This document shows, piece by piece, positions 36,384 to 46,027 of a stretch of 64,000 nt of DNA. Both the position numbers and the translations under genes were made by a program. The DNA is from Planctomycetota bacterium (GTDB taxonomy: Bacteria; Planctomycetota; UBA11346). The stretch is from positions 6,067-70,066 of the forward strand of contig PLEW01000233.1 of the NCBI GenBank assembly GCA_003136555.1, in the 5' to 3' direction. The notes beneath the pieces were generated by a model. It was given only the letters and a program-made list of their open reading frames with translations. It made no database searches and was not told the origin of the DNA. Positions within the stretch are counted from its first letter, which is position 1; each line of letters opens with the position of its first letter.

Positions 36384-38062
36384 CCGCGGCGGACGAGTCG
36401 ATGACACCAGCGCTCGCAGAGCTGTGGTCGCAGTTCCTCGATGGCGCACTGGAAGCGGGCCAGGCGGCGGAGCTGGAAGCGCTGCTACGAGCCGACCCGG
36501 CGAGTGCACGCCTGGCGGGGGAACATTATGTCGAGCACCGCCTGCTATCGCTGGCGCTCCAGCGCGAGGCGCCGGGGCGCTTCGTCACCGCTACCCTCAG
36601 CCGGATGGCGGAGGAAGGGCGATCCTTCTCCCAGCGGGTGCAGCAGCGCCTGACGCCCCTCCAGCCGACCCTGGTGCCCGCGCCTGCGCCCCGACGCCGC
36701 ACTCCGGCGTGGTTCGCCCCTACCGCTGCTGCGGCGTTGATCGCCATCATCACGGCCGGTTCCTTGCTGTACACGCACTCCACGCGACCCGCGCAGGAGA
36801 GCGCGCCGGCCACGCTGGTGGCCACCCTGGTGGTCGCTGACCATTGCGTCTGGCGGGGCACGCCGCGGGAGACCGGCGAACGGCTGGCTTCCGGAGAACT
36901 GGAGCTGGCTGCGGGGACCGCCCTGGTGCGCTGCGATGGCGGGGCCGAGCTGCTGCTCTCGGGTGCGGTCGCGGTGCGCCTCGAATCCGGCGGCAGCGCC
37001 GCATGCAGCCACGGCAGCGTGACCGTGCGTGCAGCCAAGCCGGTGGCCGGCTTCATCCTGCGCACCCCGGTGGCCGAGATCAGCGACCTCGGCACCGAAT
37101 TCGCCGTCACCGTCGGCGACGGTGGGATCACCGAGGTGCAGGTGCTCGAAGGCGGCGTCGAGTGGCGCAGCCGGTCAGCCGCGGCGGCCGATCCCGGGAC
37201 GCTGCTGCATCAGGGCCAGGCGGTGCGCGTGCGCTCGGCCGAGGACCGCATCGGCGAGCCGCTGCCCGTGACCGCCGTGCGTCTCGATGCCCAGCTTGAG
37301 CGGATCGAGACGGGAGCGCCCAACGCCGCCCTGATCAGCTATGACGGCTTCAGCTACGGTTTCCCAACCACCATCAGCAGGCGCAAGGACGCCAATGGCG
37401 GTACGGGCTGGCGCTCCGCCTGGTTCCGCAGCCAGCAGAGCAATGACCTGGTCATCGACTTCACCCCTGATGCCAGCCTCGCCATGCCCGATGACCTGCT
37501 CCCTGCACGCGGTGGCCGCATGGAGCTCCCGTCGGAGCCGGAGCGCCCAGGCACCTACCGCGAGGCCTGCATGCGGCTGTTCGCCCAACCGATCGCGATG
37601 GCCCGCGATGGTGTGCGCTATGTCAGCCTGCTCGTCTGCCGCAGCGCGGTCGCTAGCGGTCCGACACATTGGTGGTTCCGCTGCATGCTGACCTCGGAAA
37701 TGGTGCCGGATGACCGCATCGGCTTCGGCATCCTCAGCAATGGCTGCCCGGAGCTGATGAGCCACTTCGGCAACAGCCAGGCGGAGCAGCCGATCGTGGA
37801 TGGACGGCCCTACCTCTTCGTCTTCAAGCTGGTAACTGGACGCAGATCACCGGATCAGGCCTTCCTCAAGGTCTATGGCCAGCACGATGCAATCGATATG
37901 CATGAGCCCTCGTCCTGGACCGTGGCGGGTGTGCCGTGCCACTTCGATGGCGTCCTGGGGTCCATCCACATCAACAACGGCACCGAGCGCGCCTACAGCG
38001 TCGATGAGCTGCGCATCGGCATGACCTGGCAGTCGGTCACACCGCGTCGCAACACGCATTGA
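36380..38062 (+). CDS. Anti-sigma factor: N-terminal anti-sigma domain + TM + FecR-like + C-terminal LamG-like domain
   Basis: ATGA overlap with the sigma gene. TM segment FAPTAAAALIAIITAGSLLY. FecR-like central beta region (LRTPVAEISDLGTEFAV). Long C-terminal jelly-roll-like domain ending VDELRIGMTWQSV. Confidence 0.8.
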   Translation: MTAADESMTPALAELWSQFLDGALEAGQAAELEALLRADPASARLAGEHYVEHRLLSLALQREAPGRFVTATLSRMAEEGRSFSQRVQQRLTPLQPTLVPAPAPRRRTPAWFAPTAAAALIAIITAGSLLYTHSTRPAQESAPATLVATLVVADHCVWRGTPRETGERLASGELELAAGTALVRCDGGAELLLSGAVAVRLESGGSAACSHGSVTVRAAKPVAGFILRTPVAEISDLGTEFAVTVGDGGITEVQVLEGGVEWRSRSAAAADPGTLLHQGQAVRVRSAEDRIGEPLPVTAVRLDAQLERIETGAPNAALISYDGFSYGFPTTISRRKDANGGTGWRSAWFRSQQSNDLVIDFTPDASLAMPDDLLPARGGRMELPSEPERPGTYREACMRLFAQPIAMARDGVRYVSLLVCRSAVASGPTHWWFRCMLTSEMVPDDRIGFGILSNGCPELMSHFGNSQAEQPIVDGRPYLFVFKLVTGRRSPDQAFLKVYGQHDAIDMHEPSSWTVAGVPCHFDGVLGSIHINNGTERAYSVDELRIGMTWQSVTPRRNTH

Positions 38063-38074
38063 TTGGAAGCATCT

Positions 38075-40726
38075 ATGATCGTGAGCCGCCTCTTTCGGAT
38101 GTTCGTGTGTGCGCTGCTGGGCGGCGGCACGTTCATGTCGGCGTCCGATGCCGTGGGGCAGCCGGCGGCTCCGGAGGCCGAGTTCTTCAAGCAGCATTGC
38201 TATGACTGCCATGATCATGAGACCAAGAAGGCCGGCCTCGATCTGACCGCCATCACCTGGCAGCCGCAGGATCCGGACAATGTCGTGCGCTGGGTGAAGA
38301 TCCACGACCGCATCCTCAGTGGAGAGATGCCTCCGGCCAAGAAGCCGCGGCCCGAGCCGACGGAGGTGACGATCCTGACCGGACGACTGGCGGAGCGGCT
38401 GACCAGCGCGGAGCTGGCGATCCGGCGCCAGGACGGCCGCTCACCGCTGCGCCGCCTCAACCGCGTCGAGTTCGAATGGAGCGTGCGCGATCTCCTCGCC
38501 ATGCCTGCGCTGCACGTCAAGGACTCTCTGCCAGAGGATGGGCGCTCGCACGGCTTCGACCGCCTCGCCGGCGCGCTCGACTTCTCCTCGATCCACCTGG
38601 AGGCCTACCTGGCGGCGGTCGACCGCTCGCTCGAGGCGGCGCTCTGCCCGCTGCCGGAGAAGCCGCCGGTGTTCAAGCACCGCTACCGGCTGTGGGATAT
38701 GACACGCCACGAGGGCAAGGAGTGCGAGGGCTGGCTCGGCATGTCGGTGCATGACCACATCGGCATCGGCCTGAATGGCCTGACCCTGCTCGAGCATTTC
38801 ACCGCGCCGACCTCCTACACCATCCGCGATGATGACCACGCCGCCACCGCGGTGGGCCTGTTCCGCAACGAGGACGCCGACTACCGCTGCTCCCTCGACA
38901 CCATCCATCCTGTGCTCACCGGATGGCACAAGCTGCGGGTCTCCGGCTACAGCTTCGCCTGGGACGGCAAGAAGGTGGTGCCGACCGATCGCGGCGGCGC
39001 CATCTCATGGGGCGTCTACCACCGCAACGAGCATTATGGCACGGTCGGCTTGCCGCCGAACAAGCCGGCGGTCGCCGAGCTGACCGCCTGGCTGACGCGC
39101 GGAGGCGGCATGATCCACCCCTACGACGACCACCTGCGCTTCATCCTGTCATCGTGCGAGAACATCCGCGATTTCGGCCATGCCGACACGCTCAAGGGGC
39201 CGCCGACCGCAGCACCCGGCATCGCCATCGAATGGGTCGAGCTCGAGGGGCCGTTCAACGACCAGTGGCCGCCCGCCAGCCATCATGCGCTGTTCGACGA
39301 TCTGCAGGTCAAGACCTGGACCAAGGAGCTCGGGGTGCCGCGACCGACCCAGCAGAGCTGGCCGCAAGGCAATCCGTGGTCATTCCCCAAGGATATCTAT
39401 GGCGAACGCGGGGAGAAGCGGCCGGTGGTCTACGTCGAGACCGCTGCGCCCGCCCAGGATGCCCAGCGGCTGCTCGCGCGCTTCGCTCGCCGCGCTTTCC
39501 GCCGTCCGGTGAGCACCAGCGACCTCGCGCCCTACGAGGACATCGTGCGCCAGCGCCTGGAGGCCGGGATCGCCTTCCAGGACGCCATGCTGGCGGCCTA
39601 CCGGGGCATGCTGACGGCGCCCGATTTCCTCCTCCTGCGCGAAGCGCCCGGCACGCTCAGCGCGCATGCCCTGGCGGCGCGGCTGTCCTTCCTCCTATGG
39701 TGCTCGGTCCCGGATGACGAGCTCGCGCGGCTGGCGGATACCGGTGAGCTGACCAAGTCCGCGGTGCTGTATGCGCAGACCGAGCGCATGCTCAAGGATG
39801 CGAAGGCGGCGCGCTTCACCGAGCATTTCCTCGATCTCTGGCTGTCGCTGCGCGACATCTACGCCACCCAGCCGGACAAGAAGCTCTACCCCGAGTTCAT
39901 GCCCTGGCTAGCGGAGGCGATGCTGATGGAGTCGCACGCCTTCTTCAACGAGCTGATCACCAACGACCTACCGGTGACCAACCTCGTGCAGTCGGACTTC
40001 TCCATGCTCAACGAGCCGCTCGCCCGCCATTACGGCATCCCCGGGGTCTCCGGCTGGGACATCCGCAAGGTGGCCCTGCCGCCCGGCAGCCATCGCGGCG
40101 GCGTGCTCACCCAGGCGGCAGTGCTCAAGGTCACCGCGGCCGGCACCACCACCTCGCCGGTGAAGCGCGGCGCCTTCGTGCTCGAGCGCATCCTCGGCAT
40201 CGTGCCCGATCCGCCGCCGCCGGATGCCGGGGCGATCGAGCCGGATGTGCGCGGTGCGACCACCGTGCGCGAGCAGCTGGAGAAGCATCGCCGCAATGAC
40301 ACCTGCAAGGCGTGCCACGCCAAGATGGACAGCTACGGCTTCGCCCTCGAGAGCTTCGATGTCACCGGGGCGTGGCGCGACCACTACCGCGCCGTCGGGG
40401 GCAGCGGCCCGGACGACCAGCGCAAGATCGTCAATGGCCATCCGGTCGAATACCACCCAGGCCTGCCGGTCGACTGCAGCGGCACCCTGGTGGATGGCCG
40501 CACCTTTAGCGATGTCGATGCCCTGCGCGCCATCCTGGTCGCCGATCCCGCCCGCCTTGCGCGCGCCTTCACCACCCAGCTGATCACCTATGCCACCGGA
40601 GCCCCAATCACCTTCGCCGATCGCGCCGCGGTGGAGGATATCCTCAGCAAGGCCAAGGCGAAGCAGTATGGATTACGCACCATCCTGCATGAGATCATCC
40701 AGAGCGACCTCTTCCGTTCGAAGTAA
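38075..40726 (+). CDS. DUF1592/DUF1588/DUF1587/DUF1585/DUF1595-type protein with N-terminal cytochrome-c motif
   Basis: ATG 38075 preferred over the TTG track start 38063. Signal peptide, CYDCHDHETKKAGLDL, LNRVEFEWSVRDLL and CKACHAKMDSYGFALESFD. Confidence 0.85.
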   Translation: MIVSRLFRMFVCALLGGGTFMSASDAVGQPAAPEAEFFKQHCYDCHDHETKKAGLDLTAITWQPQDPDNVVRWVKIHDRILSGEMPPAKKPRPEPTEVTILTGRLAERLTSAELAIRRQDGRSPLRRLNRVEFEWSVRDLLAMPALHVKDSLPEDGRSHGFDRLAGALDFSSIHLEAYLAAVDRSLEAALCPLPEKPPVFKHRYRLWDMTRHEGKECEGWLGMSVHDHIGIGLNGLTLLEHFTAPTSYTIRDDDHAATAVGLFRNEDADYRCSLDTIHPVLTGWHKLRVSGYSFAWDGKKVVPTDRGGAISWGVYHRNEHYGTVGLPPNKPAVAELTAWLTRGGGMIHPYDDHLRFILSSCENIRDFGHADTLKGPPTAAPGIAIEWVELEGPFNDQWPPASHHALFDDLQVKTWTKELGVPRPTQQSWPQGNPWSFPKDIYGERGEKRPVVYVETAAPAQDAQRLLARFARRAFRRPVSTSDLAPYEDIVRQRLEAGIAFQDAMLAAYRGMLTAPDFLLLREAPGTLSAHALAARLSFLLWCSVPDDELARLADTGELTKSAVLYAQTERMLKDAKAARFTEHFLDLWLSLRDIYATQPDKKLYPEFMPWLAEAMLMESHAFFNELITNDLPVTNLVQSDFSMLNEPLARHYGIPGVSGWDIRKVALPPGSHRGGVLTQAAVLKVTAAGTTTSPVKRGAFVLERILGIVPDPPPPDAGAIEPDVRGATTVREQLEKHRRNDTCKACHAKMDSYGFALESFDVTGAWRDHYRAVGGSGPDDQRKIVNGHPVEYHPGLPVDCSGTLVDGRTFSDVDALRAILVADPARLARAFTTQLITYATGAPITFADRAAVEDILSKAKAKQYGLRTILHEIIQSDLFRSK

Positions 40727-40742
40727 CACCGGAGCCGACACC

Positions 40743-42050
40743 ATGACCATGCCCCATTTCCTCCGGCGCCGGCCGCTCGACCGCCGCACCCTGCTCAAGG
40801 CCGCCGGCGTCCTGGTCGCCCTGCCGCTGCTCGATGCGATGCTCCCGGCTGCGGCCGCCGGCGCCGACACGCCCGTATCCGCCCAGCCCCCGAAGCGCTT
40901 CGTCGGCATGCTGACCAACATGGGCATCCTGCCCGAGTACTTCTTCCCCCAGCAGGCCGGCAGCGACTATGTCGCACCGCCCTACCTCGAGCTGCTCAAG
41001 CAGCACCGCCCCTCTTTCACCGTCTTCTCGGGCGTCTCCCTCCCGGGCGTCGACGGCGGGCACGCGGCCGAGCGCTCCTTCCTCACCGGGGCGCCGGGCG
41101 CCAGCAGGGGGTCCTTCCGCAACAGCGTGTCGCTCGACCAGGTGATGGCCGAGCAGATCGGCAGCCAGACTCGCTTCCCCTCGCTGACGCTGATGGCGGG
41201 CGCCGAGGACATGAGCATCTCCTACACCCGCAGCGGCGCGATGATCCCGCCAGTGCGCAGCCCGGTGAAGCTCTACCAGCAGCTGTTCGTCGAGAACACC
41301 CCGGAGGCCAAGCTGGCCGCGCATGAGCGGCTGAAGGCCGACCGCAGCCTCCTGGATGGGCTGCGCGAGCGCACCAAGGCCCTCGAGGGCAGCGTCAATG
41401 CCGCCGACCGGCAAGAGCTCGACCAGTACTTCAGCGCCATCCGCGACCTGGAGAAGCGCCTTGCCGCATCCGAGAACTGGGTCGATCGGCCGAAGCCCAA
41501 GGCCGGACAGCCGCAGCCGGAGGAGGTGACCGACTCGCAGCGCCTGATCACCCACTCCAAGGCCATGCTGGCCCTGGTGCGCCTCGCCCTGGAGAGCGAT
41601 TCCACGCGGATCGTGAGCCTGTGCTTCAATACCGGCACCACCACCCCGCGCGAGATTGCCGGCGTCAACTCGATGGTTCACGAGATGACCCATCACGGCA
41701 GCCGGCCGGCGGTGATGAAGGAGCTGGCGCTGGTCGAGGCGGCGCAGTTCAAGGAGCTGGCGATCTTCCTCGACAGCCTGAAATCCGTGCAGCAGGGCGG
41801 GCGCAGCCTGCTCGATCTCACCGCCGTGCTCTACGGCACCAACATGGGCAGCGCCAATTCGCATTCCAATGACAACCTGCCGGTGCTGCTGGCCGGTGGC
41901 GGCTACCGCCATGTCGGCCACCTGGCCTTCGACCGCAAGAGCAATTATCCGCTTAGCACCCTCTACGTCTCGCTGCTCCAGCGCATGGGCGTGGCCACCG
42001 ACCGCTTTGCCAGCGCCACCGGGACGATGCGCGGCATGGAGCTGGCCTGA
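40743..42050 (+). CDS. DUF1552 protein (Tat signal)
   Basis: Trimmed from ORF 40590..42050 to ATG 40743. MTMPHFLRRRPLDRRTLLKAAGVLVALPLLDAM twin-Arg signal. HEMTHHG motif. Confidence 0.85.
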   Translation: MTMPHFLRRRPLDRRTLLKAAGVLVALPLLDAMLPAAAAGADTPVSAQPPKRFVGMLTNMGILPEYFFPQQAGSDYVAPPYLELLKQHRPSFTVFSGVSLPGVDGGHAAERSFLTGAPGASRGSFRNSVSLDQVMAEQIGSQTRFPSLTLMAGAEDMSISYTRSGAMIPPVRSPVKLYQQLFVENTPEAKLAAHERLKADRSLLDGLRERTKALEGSVNAADRQELDQYFSAIRDLEKRLAASENWVDRPKPKAGQPQPEEVTDSQRLITHSKAMLALVRLALESDSTRIVSLCFNTGTTTPREIAGVNSMVHEMTHHGSRPAVMKELALVEAAQFKELAIFLDSLKSVQQGGRSLLDLTAVLYGTNMGSANSHSNDNLPVLLAGGGYRHVGHLAFDRKSNYPLSTLYVSLLQRMGVATDRFASATGTMRGMELA

Positions 42051-42071
42051 GGCGCTGCCCGCCGGACCGGC

Positions 42072-43208
42072 TCAGGCCGGTCCGGCGGGCGCGGGCGGCG
42101 CGAGGCTGCCGCGGTCACGGAGGGTGACCGGCACCGCCGCGGGCGGTCCGCCGTCGAGCAGGAGGCGTACCGCGGAGCGTCCGAGCTGGTGCCGGTCGAC
42201 AGCCATGGTCGACAGCGGCGGAACGCAGAAGTCCCCGGCCTCGATGCCATCGAAGCCGAGCACGCTGATGGCCCGGGGGACATGCCGTCCGATGGCATGC
42301 AGGTGCTGAATGGCGCCGATGGCCATCAGGTCATTGCCGGCAAAGGCCGCCGTGAGGGTCGGATGGCGCCGCAGCGCCTGCGCCATGGCGGCCGCTCCCG
42401 CCGCCACCGAGCCGCCCCCGGCGCTGGCGCTGATCACCGGTTCCGTCAGCGCCGCCGCACCCAGATCACCCACGGCCTCCTCGAAGCCCTGGCGTACTGA
42501 GCGCCAGTGCGGTGTCGACTCGCCGCTGTTCAGATGCACGATCAGGCGGTGCCCCAGCGCGATGAGCGCGCGCGTTCCCGCTAGCGCCCCACCGCGGTCA
42601 TCGGGATGGACCATGGGCAGGCCGGGGATGGCCTCGTTCACCGCCACCACCGGCAGGCCCCCGGACTGGAACAGGCGCGCGCGTGCGCGGCTGCCGGTGC
42701 CGACCAGGATGAGTGCGCCACGCAGACGCAGCCGCCGCACTGCGGCGGCGATGTCCCCCGGCTCCTGCCAGGCCGGATCGTCGAACAGCAGCTGCATCCC
42801 GCGTGTGGACGCCTCCTCGCGCATGCCCTCGAAGACCGAGCGGAAGTACATCGCCTGCATGCTGCTGAGCGCATCCGGTCCCCAGCCGGAGAAGACGATG
42901 GTCTCGGCCAGGTGGGCGTCGACCAGGCGTCGGGCGGCCGCGGTGACATAGGTGCCGCTGCCGTGCCGCCGCTCGAGCAGCCCGCGCTCCACCAGCTGGT
43001 CGACCGCCTGACGGGCGGTGAGCAGGCTGATGCCGAAGCGGCTGACCAGCGCGCGGTCGGTATGGAAGCGCTCGCCGGCCTCGAGGGCGCGGGCGAGGAT
43101 CTCCCCTTCGAGCCGCACCGCGAGCTGGTGGTAGAGCGGCAGCGCAGAATCGCGCACCAGCGCCGACGTGGGGCCGCGAGGGGGGAGAGGTCGGGCGGGG
43201 CGTGTCAT
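42072..43208 (-). CDS. GntR-type HTH regulator fused to LacI/PBP1-type sugar-binding domain
   Basis: PLYHQLAVRLEGEI...ERFHTDRALVSRFGISLLTARQAVDQLVERGLLERRHGSGTYV, followed by a periplasmic-binding-fold region (ALILVGTGS..., PVVAVNE..., SVLGFDGIE). Confidence 0.85.
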   Translation of the reverse strand: MTRPARPLPPRGPTSALVRDSALPLYHQLAVRLEGEILARALEAGERFHTDRALVSRFGISLLTARQAVDQLVERGLLERRHGSGTYVTAAARRLVDAHLAETIVFSGWGPDALSSMQAMYFRSVFEGMREEASTRGMQLLFDDPAWQEPGDIAAAVRRLRLRGALILVGTGSRARARLFQSGGLPVVAVNEAIPGLPMVHPDDRGGALAGTRALIALGHRLIVHLNSGESTPHWRSVRQGFEEAVGDLGAAALTEPVISASAGGGSVAAGAAAMAQALRRHPTLTAAFAGNDLMAIGAIQHLHAIGRHVPRAISVLGFDGIEAGDFCVPPLSTMAVDRHQLGRSAVRLLLDGGPPAAVPVTLRDRGSLAPPAPAGPA

Positions 43209-43285
43209 GGCAGTTGGGATCAGCGTAGGATGAGGCGCCTCCAGGACAGTGCAAAGGCCGGATGGGGAGGCTTCCCACGTGCATC

Positions 43286-43693
43286 TCAGCGTTTGGTGGG
43301 CTCTCGCCAGGCCTCAACACGCAGTCCTCTCACGTGCTTGAATTCCCGCTGATTGTCGGTGACGACACGAGCACCCAATGCTAAGGCGTGGCCTGCGAGC
43401 AAGGTGTCGTGGGGACCCATCGAGGAGCCGCAGCGCGAGGGGGCTGCGCGCTCGGCAGTGGCATGACGATCGCCATCGGCATCGAAGGGATGGACGCTGA
43501 TTGCACTCAGCACCCGTGCGACATTGCGGCGCTCCTGCTCGGGATCGCAAGCGAAGTGGACACCGCTCTCGATTTCGAAGATCGTGACGGTTGAGATGGC
43601 CAGGGCAGCTGGTGTATGGGCAATGAGCCATTTCTCGGTATCGGGCTTCGTGCGCAGATGTGAAATCAGCAGGTCGACGTCGAGTAGCAGCAC
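43286..43693 (-). CDS. vapC: PIN-domain toxin VapC
   Basis: GTG start at 43693 with GGAGAGGA upstream. Acidic PIN residues are in place: LLLDVD, TIFEIESG, PHDTLLAGHA, VVTDNQREF. Confidence 0.75.
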   Translation of the reverse strand: MLLLDVDLLISHLRTKPDTEKWLIAHTPAALAISTVTIFEIESGVHFACDPEQERRNVARVLSAISVHPFDADGDRHATAERAAPSRCGSSMGPHDTLLAGHALALGARVVTDNQREFKHVRGLRVEAWREPTKR

Positions 43694-43791
43694 GGTGGTG
43701 AGGATCCTCTCCGACCTTCCAGGCGCCGGATAGGCGCTCCCTTCGGCTGTGGGAGGCGTACCAGCGTCGAACCAGCCTCGATCGCATCGAA

Positions 43792-43995
43792 TTACCCGGC
43801 TGGCCAGCCGATGGCGCCGATTGGTTCGATGACCAACGATGCGCCATCACGGCGGATGGTGACCTCGTTGCAATCAAGACGTAGTGCGACCGGAATGCGT
43901 ACCGCCTGGTTATTGCCGCTGCGGAATACCGTTGAACGCACACGCAGGGGTGCGTCGCGGTGGCGACGAGAGGGGAATGGCGCAGGGTGAGGCAT
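43792..43995 (-). CDS. vapB: AbrB/SpoVT-type antitoxin VapB, apparently truncated by an in-frame TAA
   Basis: STVFRSGNNQAVRIPVALRLDCNEVTIRRDGASLVIEP matches the VapB swapped-hairpin DNA-binding domain. GGGAG RBS before ATG 43995 (alternative GTG 43941). The same frame stays open for about 41 more codons after TAA 43792-43794. Confidence 0.6.
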   Translation of the reverse strand: MPHPAPFPSRRHRDAPLRVRSTVFRSGNNQAVRIPVALRLDCNEVTIRRDGASLVIEPIGAIGWPAG

Positions 43996-45069
43996 GGCGG
44001 CTCCCAGGATATACGTGGTACATATACTGCCATCCTGCATTTCAAGGTGTGCGACGTGGGAAATGCGGCCAATATGGGGCGTCGGTTTCGCTCTCGGTCC
44101 TCGACCCCGCTGCTGAGCGATTCGACGTGGAAAGCCTCAGACGCTTGATCGTTCGTCGCCAGTCGTGCTCAGCATTCATCTGTCAACGATGTCGACACGC
44201 TGGACGTGTGATCAACGCATAGGCATCCCCCACGCACATCATCCAACGCGTCGGCAGCATCGCGAATGAACGGCCAGAGGTAGCGGCTAATCGCAATTCA
44301 TACCCCATTCGGGCCCGAGACCGTTCTCGGGTCGGTCCGGGCCGAGTGGAAGCCCGGCATCAATACGTGCCCAGCGTTCTCGATGCGGACACCGACTCGA
44401 CCCAACAGCACCATCCGCGCTTCTGGATGGGAGCATCTGGCTAATGATCCTGGCAGCAGCTTTCCCTGCTTCCCTGGGACCGTGACCCGCACCATCTGAC
44501 TGGCGGCTGACTAGGAGGCGAAGCCCATAACAGCGCGATCCTCGACGTGAGCTATGACCCAGGTCCGGGAAAGCCTGTCGCCAGCATCACGCTGGGAATC
44601 TGGAGCGAGTGACGGAACACGTGGGCTGCTGGCGATGGGCGTTCGGTCTACGGGTGGGGTAGGGCAGGCTGAGCCTGTGGACGGCAGACGAGTGGGACAA
44701 TCGCTGGCCATTCTGATCCAGGAACAACGCCCCTCGGTCCGACCCGCGCAGCAGGTCCCGCCGGAACGCCAATCAGGCCTTCACCGCCGTCAAGTCAGTG
44801 CTGATGACCGGCAGCCACCGCTCCTGACTTCCCTTGCCATTGCGCATGCGGAGTGCCCGTTCACTGGGGTCGACAGCGGGTCAATGCTGTTCGCGACCCA
44901 ACCGGTGCCGAGCGCGAGATTAGGTCCATATTTGGTCAAATGGCAGACCCGCACCAATAGCGGGATTGGACGTTGATCGGACGTGTCCAAGGGGTAAGGC
45001 TACTTCGAAATGGCGATTCTCCACATGACGGCAATCATGGGCACGACCGGGATTGGCAGGGTGGCCCGC

Positions 45070-45954
45070 ATGCCGAGGTCGGCATCTGGCCTCATCGCCA
45101 TCCTGGTCGCATGCTCCCTCGGAGGCATTGCCGATGAGGCGCCGATCAGCCCGTCGCCTGCCCGTCCCAGCTGGGCCTCTGCCATCGGCATGGGCTGCGA
45201 CCACGCCGGGACCTGGGCGGACTTCGCCATTGCCGGCGTGGTGCAGCGGATGCGCTGGATACCCCCGGGGCATTTCATCATGGGCAGCCCACCGCAGGAA
45301 CAGGAGCGTGCCATCAGCGGCGGTGCGCTCCCTGAATGGGTCTCCGGCGAGACCCTGCATACCGTCACTCTGACCCATGGCTTCTGGCTGGGGGACAGCG
45401 TCGTGACCCAGGGATTCTGGGTCGCTGCGATGGGCACCAATCCGAGCGCGCACATCAGCGCAGATGCCGAGCTTCCGGTAGACTCGGTCTCCTGGACGCA
45501 GTGCGCCCTCTTCAATGCCACGCTGAACACGCGCGTTCCAGGAGCCCAAGCGCGCTTCCCAAGTGAAGCGGAATGGGAGTATGCCTGCCGCGCGGGGATC
45601 GACGAGCCGTATGGAGGACTGACGTTGGAGCAGGTGGGCTGGTTCCGCGCCAATGCCCATGGCGTGACGCATCCGGTGAAGCAGAAGCTGGCCAATCCAT
45701 GGGGATTGTACGATATGCATGGCAATGTCTTCGAGTGGTGCGGCGACGTCTATGCCGCGTACAGACTCTCCGACGTCAGTGATCCGGTTGGACCCCCGGC
45801 CGGGGCATCACGGGTCCGGCGTGGGGGTGCCTACCAATGCCTGGCCTATGATTGCCGGTCGGCGATGCGCTTCCATGGTGCAATCGAGGATAGTCAGGAT
45901 GTCTCTGGGTATCGCCTCTGCCTCTCAACGCAGGAGCATGGCACCGCACCGTGA
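45070..45954 (+). CDS. Formylglycine-generating-enzyme (FGE/SUMF1) family protein, lipoprotein
   Basis: Start chosen at the third in-frame ATG (MPRSASGLIAILVACSLGG lipobox). MRWIPPGHFIMGSP, VDSVSWTQCALF, FPSEAEWEYACRAG, NPWGLYDMHGNVFEWCGD and RVRRGGAY motifs. Confidence 0.85.
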   Translation: MPRSASGLIAILVACSLGGIADEAPISPSPARPSWASAIGMGCDHAGTWADFAIAGVVQRMRWIPPGHFIMGSPPQEQERAISGGALPEWVSGETLHTVTLTHGFWLGDSVVTQGFWVAAMGTNPSAHISADAELPVDSVSWTQCALFNATLNTRVPGAQARFPSEAEWEYACRAGIDEPYGGLTLEQVGWFRANAHGVTHPVKQKLANPWGLYDMHGNVFEWCGDVYAAYRLSDVSDPVGPPAGASRVRRGGAYQCLAYDCRSAMRFHGAIEDSQDVSGYRLCLSTQEHGTAP

Positions 45955-46027
45955 TCGCGAGTCGCTTGCCCGTAATGGCGCGCTACGCCGATGTCCTGTC
46001 CGCTCTCCTCCAGGTGAGCCGGCGCTT

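Noticed and set aside
44554-44976. 140-aa plus-strand ORF in the gene-poor segment after vapBC.
   Set aside because: It has no RBS, a non-protein-like composition, and overlapping minus-strand ORFs of equal quality. It is treated as decayed DNA.
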